From the NCBI GenBank assembly GCA_038868115.1, contig JAWBXA010000001.1, positions 2,379-66,378 on the forward strand: a DNA stretch of 64,000 nt. Reading direction: 5' to 3'. A program made the position numbers and the translations under genes. Below the pieces are notes generated by a model, which saw nothing but the letters and a program-made list of their open reading frames with translations, made no database searches and was not told the DNA's origin. Position 1 is the first letter of the stretch. The number at the start of each line of letters is the position of its first letter. Of this stretch, positions 44,995 to 53,146 are shown piece by piece. This DNA is from Candidatus Bathyarchaeia archaeon. GTDB taxonomy: Archaea > Thermoproteota > Bathyarchaeia > Bathyarchaeales > Bathycorpusculaceae.

Positions 44995-46444
44995 TTTTCT
45001 CCCCAGCCAATTGCTTTCCAACAAGTTCGTTGACAAGCTTTATGAAGATTTCCACATTTCCTATTGGAACTTGGGCGCCAGCAGCCACGTTATGTCCTCC
45101 ACCTTTCCCCAAACATTTTTCAGCCGCCACCTGCATGATCTCGCCGAGATTCACACCCTTGTAGGCCACTGTATCTATGGTTCTTGCCGAAACCTTTACG
45201 AGTCCTTCTTCTTTAACGTTTGCGTAAGCAATGAGGGGTTTTTCTGGGTTGGGAAGACTTGTTGTGAGAATTGATGATATGGAGCCAACAATTTTGTCGT
45301 CTATAAAGTCTTCGCCGTAAACAACGTAAATGTTTTCCAACTCCCTTATCCTTTCAGGCTTCTCCATAATCCAGCCCAGATACCTATTAATTGTACGCCT
45401 ATACTCCTCAAGGATTCTATTGGCTTCTTCCAGAGCTGTTCCCCTGTCACCCATGCAAACTGCCACACCAACACCAGGCTTATCCATGCGCCCAGCAGCA
45501 TTAAGCAGAACGGCAAATTCTCTTCCATCTCTGAGCGGTGTCCAAGGCTCTTCCTTAGTGAGGGTGTAAACATATCCTATGAGATTTGAAATTTCATAAT
45601 GCATTCCCTTTGAGAGCAGATATTCCGCCAGTGCTGAGCAGAGCCTTCTCTTTTCATCTTCTGAAAGGTCTCTTAAAGCTCGCCACTTGTCACCATGTTT
45701 TGGTTTTATGTCAATGCTCGCCAGAAAAGCCAAACTCTTGTCTTCTTCTCCGCTTATGCCCGGAATAAATGGGTTTGTCGTGGATGCCAAAGTTTTGTGA
45801 ATTGGACGAGTTTCCCTACCGAAGAATATTAAGTCCTTCTCAACCGTCAGCAGCCCTTGGCTCTTCGCATCTTCAACAATTTTCTCATTAAGCCCCCCAA
45901 GCATTCTCTGGTCATATTTGTCTTGCAAGTCTCCGAGCGCCCCGGCGACAGCTATTGGAGCCAAATCCATGTTTACCTTGTCCATTGCTTTAGCCACAAA
46001 ATAGGCTACACCGGCGCTGCTGATGTCCCGTGCTCCATCAATGCCAAACAAGTGAGGGTTGACGCACAAAAAATCGCCGTTCAGTTCTCCGCCAAGCTGG
46101 TGGTGGTCTAAAACAACAACCTTTATGTCTTTAGCTTTCTGTCTCAGCAAATTTGCATAATCGCTTCCAAGGTCTGTAAAAATAACCATACGAGGCTTTT
46201 CCTGCAGTATTTCTGCCACCAATTTTTCGTCAACCCACTGAATTATCCTAATGCGGAATCTAGCGTCAAGCCTGTAAAGAGCTTTTCCAACAATGCCGGC
46301 AGCGGCGACACCATCAGCATCCAAATGCGAAAAAACATGAATATAGCCACCCTCTTTGGCAGTTTCCAAAATGTTTTTGGCAGCATCTAAGACGCTATCA
46401 AAGAATCGTGTAGTTTGCTTCTCATCCAACTCCATTTCCACCAC
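44984..46444 (-). CDS. recJ: Archaeal RecJ-like DHH/DHHA1 phosphoesterase (GAN/Cdc45-RecJ family)
   Basis: 486 aa with the DHH motifs HLDADGVAAAG, VVLDHHQ and the DHHA1 motif GKGGGHNVAAGAQ. Confidence 0.85.
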   Translation of the reverse strand: MVEMELDEKQTTRFFDSVLDAAKNILETAKEGGYIHVFSHLDADGVAAAGIVGKALYRLDARFRIRIIQWVDEKLVAEILQEKPRMVIFTDLGSDYANLLRQKAKDIKVVVLDHHQLGGELNGDFLCVNPHLFGIDGARDISSAGVAYFVAKAMDKVNMDLAPIAVAGALGDLQDKYDQRMLGGLNEKIVEDAKSQGLLTVEKDLIFFGRETRPIHKTLASTTNPFIPGISGEEDKSLAFLASIDIKPKHGDKWRALRDLSEDEKRRLCSALAEYLLSKGMHYEISNLIGYVYTLTKEEPWTPLRDGREFAVLLNAAGRMDKPGVGVAVCMGDRGTALEEANRILEEYRRTINRYLGWIMEKPERIRELENIYVVYGEDFIDDKIVGSISSILTTSLPNPEKPLIAYANVKEEGLVKVSARTIDTVAYKGVNLGEIMQVAAEKCLGKGGGHNVAAGAQVPIGNVEIFIKLVNELVGKQLAGEKIGS

Positions 46445-46502
46445 AATGTATGCACAGTTAAAAACTTAAGGGCGATTGGGCTGATGAAGGAAATGCTCAA
46501 GT

Positions 46503-46943
46503 CTAGGCTATTGACGCTATTTTCGGCTCATATTTCCAGTTTGGGGGCAAAACACCCTCCTGTTTATAATACCGCGCAAGCTTGTGAATCTTCGCCTCCA
46601 CAAGCTGCAAAGCCCTCTTATTGTGCAAGTCCTTCCTATGCTTCTCAAGATGGGCTGAAAGCCGCGCCGCCTTCTTAAGCAAGTTACCAAGGTCTTCAGG
46701 TATTGAAGGCGCAAGCTCGGCTTCCTTGAGAATTTGGGTTATGGTCTTGCCAGTTAGCGGCTTAACCAGTGGAATGGCATACTTGTCCCTCAGTATTGTT
46801 CCTATGCGGCTCGGAGGATGCCCCTCCCTTGCTAGTTTTACGACTAGGGCTTCCACTTCCTCTGGTTGGTATTTACACCAGCTTGGAGGGCGTTTGCTAA
46901 CAGGCCTAGTTGAGTGGGATTTGCCCTTTTCTTGTTTTGGCAT
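46503..46943 (-). CDS. rps15: 30S ribosomal protein S15P/S13e (uS15)
   Basis: 146 aa. PSWCKY.PEEVEALVVKLAREGHPPSRIGTILRD and LHNKRALQLVEAKIHKLARYY. Confidence 0.92.
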   Translation of the reverse strand: MPKQEKGKSHSTRPVSKRPPSWCKYQPEEVEALVVKLAREGHPPSRIGTILRDKYAIPLVKPLTGKTITQILKEAELAPSIPEDLGNLLKKAARLSAHLEKHRKDLHNKRALQLVEAKIHKLARYYKQEGVLPPNWKYEPKIASIA

Positions 46944-47053
46944 ACAATTATCCCTTTTAGTTCTGTAAGAGCGAGATCAGACGGATATTTAAGATCTTCG
47001 ATGCTTCTTTCTACTTAAACTTTATTGGTAAAAAGGCGACTTAAACTGTTGGC

Positions 47054-47644
47054 CTATACCTTTAGGCTTCTATACCATTTTGCAAACTTTCGGAAGGCTT
47101 TTGCTCTATGGGAATACTTGTTTTTTTCGGCGATGCTCATTTCAGCGAAGGTTTTTAGACTGTTAGCCGGCTTAAATATTGGGTCGAAACCGAAACCGTA
47201 GTGACTTTCCCTTCGCATTTCTTTGGTTATTTCGCCTACAACTTCACCTTTAAAACATATCGGAGATTCTAGTTCCTCAGAGAAAAACGCCACCACAGAC
47301 TGAAACTTTGCTCTTCTGTTTGCAGCCTTCTCCATAAGCTTCAACAAGCCTTCATTACCTACGGTCTTGTAAACGTAGGAAGAGTATGGTCCGGGAAAGC
47401 CGTTTAAGGCCTCAACAAATAGTCCGGCGTCCTCAACTATGAGGGGAAGACAGCACTGTTTAAAGGCATGGATGGCGCTTGTTTTTGCGATTTCTTCAAG
47501 GCTCTCACTTTGAATTTCTAAAGTTTTGACCTTTATCATGCCCACGGCTACTTTGTAGCGGCTTAAGATCCTTCGGGCTTCGTTGAACTTGTTAATGTTG
47601 CTTGTTGCAAAGAATACAACTTTACCCTTTAATTGGAAGCTCAT
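47054..47644 (-). CDS. rdgB: Non-canonical purine NTP pyrophosphatase (Ham1/RdgB/ITPase)
   Basis: VVFFATSNINKFNEAR, VEDAGLFVEALNGFPGPYS and FGFDPIF...SHR. The true start is taken at MSFQ (47644). Residues upstream in the same ORF belong to the decayed VOC gene. Confidence 0.85.
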   Translation of the reverse strand: MSFQLKGKVVFFATSNINKFNEARRILSRYKVAVGMIKVKTLEIQSESLEEIAKTSAIHAFKQCCLPLIVEDAGLFVEALNGFPGPYSSYVYKTVGNEGLLKLMEKAANRRAKFQSVVAFFSEELESPICFKGEVVGEITKEMRRESHYGFGFDPIFKPANSLKTFAEMSIAEKNKYSHRAKAFRKFAKWYRSLKV

Positions 47645-47649
47645 GTGGT

Positions 47650-48049
47650 TCACGTTTCTTTCTAGCCCTTCGGCGGACACTAAATATATTTTTCCAACTA
47701 ATCGGGCAATCTCTAAAATGTTTCTGTCTGGATCCATATAAGTGGCTTATTCCACCTCAAGACCCCTCGTGTAAATCCTTAACAAACTTCACGCCTTTGC
47801 TTTCAACTCGTTGCAGAGATTTTCAATAATCAATAGCGTCCACTGGAAACTCCACAGACGGTGAAATTGGAGCAACATGTTCCCTTTCTCTAGTCTTGAA
47901 ATAAACCAAATCTCGACCCGCCGCACTTGAAACCAACATAACTTGGATACTTATACCTCCTTTTTTAAGCCGAGAACTTTCTCATAAAATTGTGCCGCTT
48001 TCTTCAAGTCTGAAACGCAAAAGCTTATGCACCAAACTGTTTTTATCAT
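47650..48049 (-). pseudogene. Decayed glyoxalase/VOC-family gene (3 frameshifts, 2 in-frame TGA, other stops)
   Basis: Own translation from ATG 48049. MIKTVWCISFCVSDLKKAAQFYEKVLGLKKEV* / YKYPSYVGFKCGGSRFGLFQD* / REREHVAPISPSVEFPVDAIDY*KSLQRVESKGVKFVKDLHEGS*GGI / ATYMDPDRNILEIA. Together these rebuild a VOC fold pattern (V.Dl....FY...LG ... VdDiD ... GV.F ... pWG ... DPDGN.iEi). Confidence 0.7.
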
Positions 48050-48051
48050 GT

Positions 48052-48714
48052 TTATTCACCTCTTCTTTCGGTTACGTAGCGCCCTCTCCTCTCTATTTCC
48101 CTTATTTTATCTAAAACGTTTTTCACCTCGCCCGCCTCTATAACACTTGCATAACCCTCAACTATAGCGCTAAAACATTTTTCAGCGAACCGGAAATGGG
48201 TGCTTCGCAAAGCTCTCTTCATAAGGTGTAAATCCACACCCCTTGCTTCAAGCTCGCGTGTTTTTTCGCCAAGTCCAAAATCCACAAAAAAGATTTTTCC
48301 TTCAAAAGTGTAAATCATATTGGATGTTGTTAAGTCGCCGTGAATTATCCCGTTTTTGTGCAATTTACCAATCAACTCGCCTATTTTGCGGCACAATGTC
48401 TGCCTTTCGCTTTCGGAAACTTTAGCCAACAACTGTTTTACTTGTTCCCCCTCGATAAACTCCATTATTATTGTGGCGTTTTTTGCATCAACCAAATAGA
48501 TTGTTGGTGTGGGCACGCCAGCCTTTTTCGCTTCATGCATCAGCTGGGGCTCATGGATTGTTCTATAGGCTCTTATTTGTTCGTCTAAAGCTGGAACTCT
48601 GTACTTTTTTGGCAAGCGCCTCTTCATTATTACTTTTCTACCGTGCCAATCCGCGAGGTATAGGCATGCCTCAGCCCCTTTCTTAATTAGCCTCAGCTGA
48701 TTTATTTTACCCAA
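48052..48714 (-). CDS. bud32: KEOPS kinase/ATPase Bud32 (Kae1-associated kinase)
   Basis: 220 aa. It is a small RIO-like kinase (GAEA..Y, IIHGDLTTSNMI, FVDFGLG) that overlaps the kae1 3' end. Confidence 0.88.
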   Translation of the reverse strand: MGKINQLRLIKKGAEACLYLADWHGRKVIMKRRLPKKYRVPALDEQIRAYRTIHEPQLMHEAKKAGVPTPTIYLVDAKNATIIMEFIEGEQVKQLLAKVSESERQTLCRKIGELIGKLHKNGIIHGDLTTSNMIYTFEGKIFFVDFGLGEKTRELEARGVDLHLMKRALRSTHFRFAEKCFSAIVEGYASVIEAGEVKNVLDKIREIERRGRYVTERRGE

Positions 48715-49709
48715 GGAACTTCAACCTCTTCGAGTCGCCATCTCAACCGTACAAAGCTCTCATGGATTGGCGTTGTCAATCCGTGGGAGAAGGCTAAAAC
48801 GCCAGTCCAAGCTATCATGGCGCCGTTGTCTATGGCGAATTGGCTTGGCACAGCACAGAATTTGGCGTCGTGTTCTTCAGCTATTGACTTAACCATTTCT
48901 TGAAGCCTCTTGTTAGCGGCTACGCCACCAGTCAACAGAACCTCCTTTTTTTCCGTGTGAGCTAGAGCGCGCTCAGTAACTTCTGTAACCATGGAGAAGG
49001 CTGTTTCTTGGATACTATAACATAAGTCCTCCAGCCTACTTTCACCCTTCTTTAGCAGGTTGACTGCCGCCGTAAGCAAACCGCTAAAGGACATGTCCAT
49101 ACCTTTCACTGTGTATGGCAACGGAATAAGCCTCCGTCCATCCTTCGCGAGTTTCTCCACAACAGCTCCAAAAGGTTCGCCCGGTTTTTGTCTTAATCCA
49201 GCTTCTCTTGCGAAAACGTCTAGGCAGTTTCCAATGGCTATGTCCAATGTTTCGCCGAAAACCCTGTAACGCCCAGAATCAAAAGCCGCCACTATAGTGT
49301 TTCCGCCAGAAACATAAAGCGTGACGGGGTCAACAGCGCCAGTTTTTAACTTTCCAATTTCAATGTGTGCCACACAATGATTGACACCGACCAGAGGAAC
49401 GCCAAGATAAGAAGCTAAGGCTCTTGCGACCGTGGCACCGGTTCTGAGGCATGGACCTAACCCTGGACCTTGGGCGAAAGCTATAACTGCTATGTCCTTG
49501 GGTTTTATTCCAGCCTTTTGGAAAGCTTCTTCAAGAACTTTACTTGTAACTTCAGCGTGGTGTCGTGCAGCTTCCCTTGGGTGTATTCCGCCTTCTGGGG
49601 GCATGTAGGCGCTTATCACGTTTGCCAAGATTTCCCCTTTAAAGGTGGCTATTCCAACGCTAAAGTCGTCCGCTGTGCTTTCAATGCCCAAACAGTAGCC
49701 CTTTCGCAT
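48702..49709 (-). CDS. kae1: tRNA N6-adenosine threonylcarbamoyltransferase Kae1
   Basis: CLGIESTADD, GGIHPREAARHH, HCVAHIE, SGGNT and GGVAAN motifs. The ATG at 49709 is preferred over the GTG at 49742. Confidence 0.92.
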   Translation of the reverse strand: MRKGYCLGIESTADDFSVGIATFKGEILANVISAYMPPEGGIHPREAARHHAEVTSKVLEEAFQKAGIKPKDIAVIAFAQGPGLGPCLRTGATVARALASYLGVPLVGVNHCVAHIEIGKLKTGAVDPVTLYVSGGNTIVAAFDSGRYRVFGETLDIAIGNCLDVFAREAGLRQKPGEPFGAVVEKLAKDGRRLIPLPYTVKGMDMSFSGLLTAAVNLLKKGESRLEDLCYSIQETAFSMVTEVTERALAHTEKKEVLLTGGVAANKRLQEMVKSIAEEHDAKFCAVPSQFAIDNGAMIAWTGVLAFSHGLTTPIHESFVRLRWRLEEVEVPWVK

Positions 49710-49799
49710 TTTTGTAGACACTACTAACGCCCCTTTTTCCACCTAAATTATTTTATCTTTGGACAAGCATAATTTATTCTGGAACACCTATATATCCGC

Positions 49800-50195
49800 A
49801 TGGAAACGGAGAGGAGAATGTCAAAACATAATGATTTAGAGCAAAAGGCTTTACAAATAATAATGAGTTCTGGAAATGAGGGACTGCTTCAATCAGAACT
49901 TTGGAGAAAGCTCGGAGCCAGCAGCAGGGAAGGCTCAAGAATAGCTCTAAAACTTGAAAGTAAGGGCTTAATACGCCGTGAAAGGGAACTTCGCAACGGA
50001 AGATGGACTTATAGACTTTATCCAAAAAGGCTTCCAGCATCAATAGACTCAATAGCTGACTGCCCATGCATGATGTGCCCAGACACATCAAAATGTGGAC
50101 ATACAGGCGCAATAACGCCGCAGAGCTGTGAAAAACTGACGGATTGGCTTATACGCTTGGCAGAGGGCGAATACAAAATCTTGGGTGACAGCTAG
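49800..50195 (+). CDS. Winged-helix protein with a C-terminal 4-Cys module, RPC34-like (archaeal homologue of RNA polymerase III subunit C34)
   Basis: 131 aa. The wHTH region is LLQSELWRKLGASSREGSRIALKLESKGLIRRE...WTYRLY. The tail DCPCMMCPDTSKCGHTGAITPQSCEKLTDWL resembles the PCG.CP....C...G.IsP..C.Y...WL end of RPC34 as I recall it. Confidence 0.45.
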   Translation: METERRMSKHNDLEQKALQIIMSSGNEGLLQSELWRKLGASSREGSRIALKLESKGLIRRERELRNGRWTYRLYPKRLPASIDSIADCPCMMCPDTSKCGHTGAITPQSCEKLTDWLIRLAEGEYKILGDS

Positions 50196-50197
50196 TT

Positions 50198-50812
50198 TTG
50201 CCCAAAGCATGGATACAAGAACGCAAAAGAGACTATTACTATAGAAAGGCAAAGGAAGAGAAATACCGCTCAAGAGCAGCCTACAAACTTTTCCAAGCTG
50301 CAGAGAAATACCGCTTCATTAAGGAGGGGGATGTTGTTGTCGATTTGGGCGCAGCCCCAGGAGGATGGATACAAGCGGCGAGGAAAATTGCTGGAGCTAA
50401 GGGCTTTGTTTTGGGAGTTGACATAAAACCAATCGACCCCTTTCCGGAGAGAAACATTAGAACAATTACAGGTGATATAACAGAGCCTGACACTGCACAG
50501 CAAATTTTGGAGATGCTGCCTAGAAGAGCAGACGTTGTCATATCAGATGTCTCGCCGAACATTTCTGGGATATGGGAGCTTGACCACGCCCGCCAGATAG
50601 ACCTTGCACAGAAGGCACTTGAAATAGCCTTAGAAACTCTAAAGCCGGGCGGAAACTTTTTCGTAAAAGTCTTTCAAGGAGACATGTTAAACGACTTCAT
50701 ATGCATGGTTAAACGGCATTTTGAAGACGTAAAGGTAATAAAACCCAAGGCAAGTAGGGCAAAAAGCTCGGAAATTTTCATTTTAGGATTGCACTTAAAA
50801 GTTGATGAGTAG
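50198..50812 (+). CDS. rlmE: 23S rRNA (uridine-2'-O)-methyltransferase RlmE/FtsJ
   Basis: 204 aa, TTG start. DYYYRKAKEEKYRSRAAYKL, VVDLGAAPGGW, DVVISDVSPNISG and FFVKVFQG. Confidence 0.9.
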   Translation: MPKAWIQERKRDYYYRKAKEEKYRSRAAYKLFQAAEKYRFIKEGDVVVDLGAAPGGWIQAARKIAGAKGFVLGVDIKPIDPFPERNIRTITGDITEPDTAQQILEMLPRRADVVISDVSPNISGIWELDHARQIDLAQKALEIALETLKPGGNFFVKVFQGDMLNDFICMVKRHFEDVKVIKPKASRAKSSEIFILGLHLKVDE

Positions 50813-50848
50813 TAGAGCTAAATTCACTTAAAACCCATTTTAGGGAAG

Positions 50849-51553
50849 GTGAAACGTTTGAATATAATTGCCGCAGACTCGTCGGCTGCAATTTTAAATG
50901 GAAAGTTTGAACCCGTGTGCATTGTGGCTACTGCCGCAGTCTTAGTTAAACCGCCTTATAGAGAGCCAAGCGAGTGTTTGGTTGAGCCGGTTTTTGCAAA
51001 CGCCGAAGACAGCCACGAAGTTATAGTGCGAGAGGCAGAGCTATGCAAGCAGTTGGTTGCAAAAGTAGGAGCCGATATTGTGCATCTTGACATATCTTTG
51101 GGTGCAGTTTCCGTTGAACAACTTTCACCCATACAGTTTTCAAGCCTGAAAATTTCCAGCAAAGCCAAAAGCAACATGATTAAAATTCTTCCAAGGCTCA
51201 GAAAAATTGCGGGTGAAATAACACAAAAATATGGTGTTGAGACATTGGCGATAGGAAAGGATAGCATCCCCGTAAGGGTGGCAGAACTAACCGCCGGAGC
51301 CTACGCCATAATATGCGCGTCTGAAAAAGCTGTAAAAGAAAAAAGTCCATTGATGCTTGGTTTGCCGCTGAAGTGTCAGCCAAGGTTCAAAGACAACTGG
51401 GTTTATGTTCACTCTTTGATGGCTGCTGAACATGATGTGAAGGGATACGCCATTGACAACAAAGGCTCATTAAAAAAGGTTAATATTGCAGAGATTTTAA
51501 ACCCAGTTGCAAGGGGATTTCGAACATTAAAGATAACACCAGAAAGGACCTAA
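50849..51553 (+). CDS. Conserved hypothetical protein (possibly DUF4152-like; RNase-H-like acidic pattern)
   Basis: 234 aa, GTG start. IIAADSS...IVATAAVLV and DIVHLDISLG look like beta-strand-embedded acidic residues. No family can be confirmed without a search. Confidence 0.4.
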   Translation: MKRLNIIAADSSAAILNGKFEPVCIVATAAVLVKPPYREPSECLVEPVFANAEDSHEVIVREAELCKQLVAKVGADIVHLDISLGAVSVEQLSPIQFSSLKISSKAKSNMIKILPRLRKIAGEITQKYGVETLAIGKDSIPVRVAELTAGAYAIICASEKAVKEKSPLMLGLPLKCQPRFKDNWVYVHSLMAAEHDVKGYAIDNKGSLKKVNIAEILNPVARGFRTLKITPERT

Positions 51554-51554
51554 G

Positions 51555-52229
51555 ATGGTAGGCGAAACCAAAGAAAGCCAACAGATACCTGTCAGCGAGG
51601 CTTTGCTAGCGATGATTGCAAGTCTTTTACTATCACTTTTTTTGGCGGGGTTTATCGCCAATTTAAATTATGGCTTCGCGATGGTTGTTGCAGAACTGCT
51701 TCTTGCTGTTGTTCCGTTCGGATATATGCTTTCAAAGAAAATTGATATTAAGAAATACGTTAGGTTCGAGCTTAACCCACGAAACATTTTATTGGGGGTA
51801 GCCGTCGGCTCTCTTCTCGTCTATTTCGATTTTCTTATAGTAATCGCATTAACATCACTGTTTGGTCCAAGCAAAGCTGTTGAAGAAAGTAATAGAAGAA
51901 TAGCCGAAATGACTAGCTCTGTTGACGGGTTAATTTTTGTTGCCGCCGCTTTAATTTCAGCGGGGATATGTGAAGAATTCGCTTTTAGGGGCTTTCTGCA
52001 AACTGCTATGAGTAACAAATACCCACCGTGGATGGCTTTAGTTACATCTGCCTTTGCGTTTGGGCTTCTTCTACATTTTGACCCGCAATGGGTTTACATA
52101 ATTGCCGCATTTCTAATAGGGCTCGTGTTGGGTCTTGTCTATCACCTGTCACGTTCCTATACCGTTTGTGCAACCGCCCATGCAACACTAAACCTTATAA
52201 TTTTAGCATTATCACTTCTCCAACGATAA
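51555..52229 (+). CDS. CPBP-family intramembrane glutamic endopeptidase (CAAX protease/Abi)
   Basis: 224 aa and polytopic. The motifs are EEFAFRGFLQ, FGLLH and HATLN. Confidence 0.85.
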   Translation: MVGETKESQQIPVSEALLAMIASLLLSLFLAGFIANLNYGFAMVVAELLLAVVPFGYMLSKKIDIKKYVRFELNPRNILLGVAVGSLLVYFDFLIVIALTSLFGPSKAVEESNRRIAEMTSSVDGLIFVAAALISAGICEEFAFRGFLQTAMSNKYPPWMALVTSAFAFGLLLHFDPQWVYIIAAFLIGLVLGLVYHLSRSYTVCATAHATLNLIILALSLLQR

Positions 52230-52232
52230 ATT

Positions 52233-53096
52233 TCAACCACCTATTTTTGTAATCTCAAGGCTTACATCCAACACTTTAGGACTGTCAGTTATTTCGCCAA
52301 GACTTACAATGTCCACTCCCGTTGACGCATACTCAACAATGTTTTCAGCTGTTATTCCTCCGCTTGCCTCCAACAAAACTTTTCCTAAAAAACCAGCTTT
52401 TTCCAGCTTTTCAACAGCCTTTTTTATTTGATTTGGTGAAAAATTGTCTAGCATTATTATGTTTGCTCCGGCTTCCGCAGCTGCCAAAGCCTCCTCAATG
52501 TTTGATACTTCAACTTCAACCTTTTTGCTGAAAGAGGTTTTTTCCTTAGCGGTTTTAACAGCTTTTTCAACGCTTCCGGCGATTTTGACGTGATTGTCTT
52601 TTATCAGAACCATGTCGTCCAGGTGAAGTCTATGGGTGTCTCCTCCGCCCACGGAGACTGCTTTTTTATCAAAGTAGAGTAATCCGGGCGCTGTTTTTCG
52701 CGTACATGCAACTATGGTTTTGTGTCCAGCCTTTTTGACTTTTTCAACAAGTTTTCTTGTGGTTGTGGCTATGCCGCTCATTCTTGAAATAATGTTTAAC
52801 AGTGTCCGCTCAACAGCCAATATTGTTCTGGCGTCGCCATAAATTTTCATCAGCACCTGTTTTGGCTTTATTTCCTCCCCGTCCTTAACTATAGCCTCAA
52901 ATTTCAAGCCAAGGCTTTCTAGGAGGACCCCTGCCTCTTCGATTCCAGCAATTACGCCGTTTTCTTTGGCTATTATTTCTGCTTCAGCGTTGCATTTTTC
53001 TGGCACTATTAGGGTTGAGGTTATGTCTCCTTGCCCAATGTCCTCAGCTAGTATTTGTCTGAGCTTTTCCTCCAAAATTTTCTTTGGCAAGAACAT
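52233..53096 (-). CDS. nadC: Nicotinate-nucleotide pyrophosphorylase (quinolinate phosphoribosyltransferase)
   Basis: 287 aa. TRKTAPGLL, GGGDTHRLHLDDMVLIKDNH and IMLDNF. Confidence 0.9.
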   Translation of the reverse strand: MFLPKKILEEKLRQILAEDIGQGDITSTLIVPEKCNAEAEIIAKENGVIAGIEEAGVLLESLGLKFEAIVKDGEEIKPKQVLMKIYGDARTILAVERTLLNIISRMSGIATTTRKLVEKVKKAGHKTIVACTRKTAPGLLYFDKKAVSVGGGDTHRLHLDDMVLIKDNHVKIAGSVEKAVKTAKEKTSFSKKVEVEVSNIEEALAAAEAGANIIMLDNFSPNQIKKAVEKLEKAGFLGKVLLEASGGITAENIVEYASTGVDIVSLGEITDSPKVLDVSLEITKIGG

Positions 53097-53146
53097 ACTT
53101 CCAACTCTAAGCGCTGGCTTAAAAGTGTTTACCTTTACAGCCTATT

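Noticed and set aside
47645-47737. ITPase ORF starting at the ATG at 47737 (MDPDRNILEIARL...)
   Set aside because: DPDRNILEI is the canonical C-terminal DPDGN.iEi block of the upstream decayed VOC gene. ITPase homology starts at MSFQLKGKVVFFATSN.
47650-48049. In-frame TGA (VOC relic, 32.7-kb relic) and TAG (ACAD relic, DUF304 relic) read as selenocysteine, tryptophan or pyrrolysine recoding
   Set aside because: Every case co-occurs with frameshifts or truncation in the same gene. Intact genes in the window use TGA and TAG as ordinary stops, for example the korB TGA and the pcc1 TAG. I saw no SECIS-like context or pyl genes.
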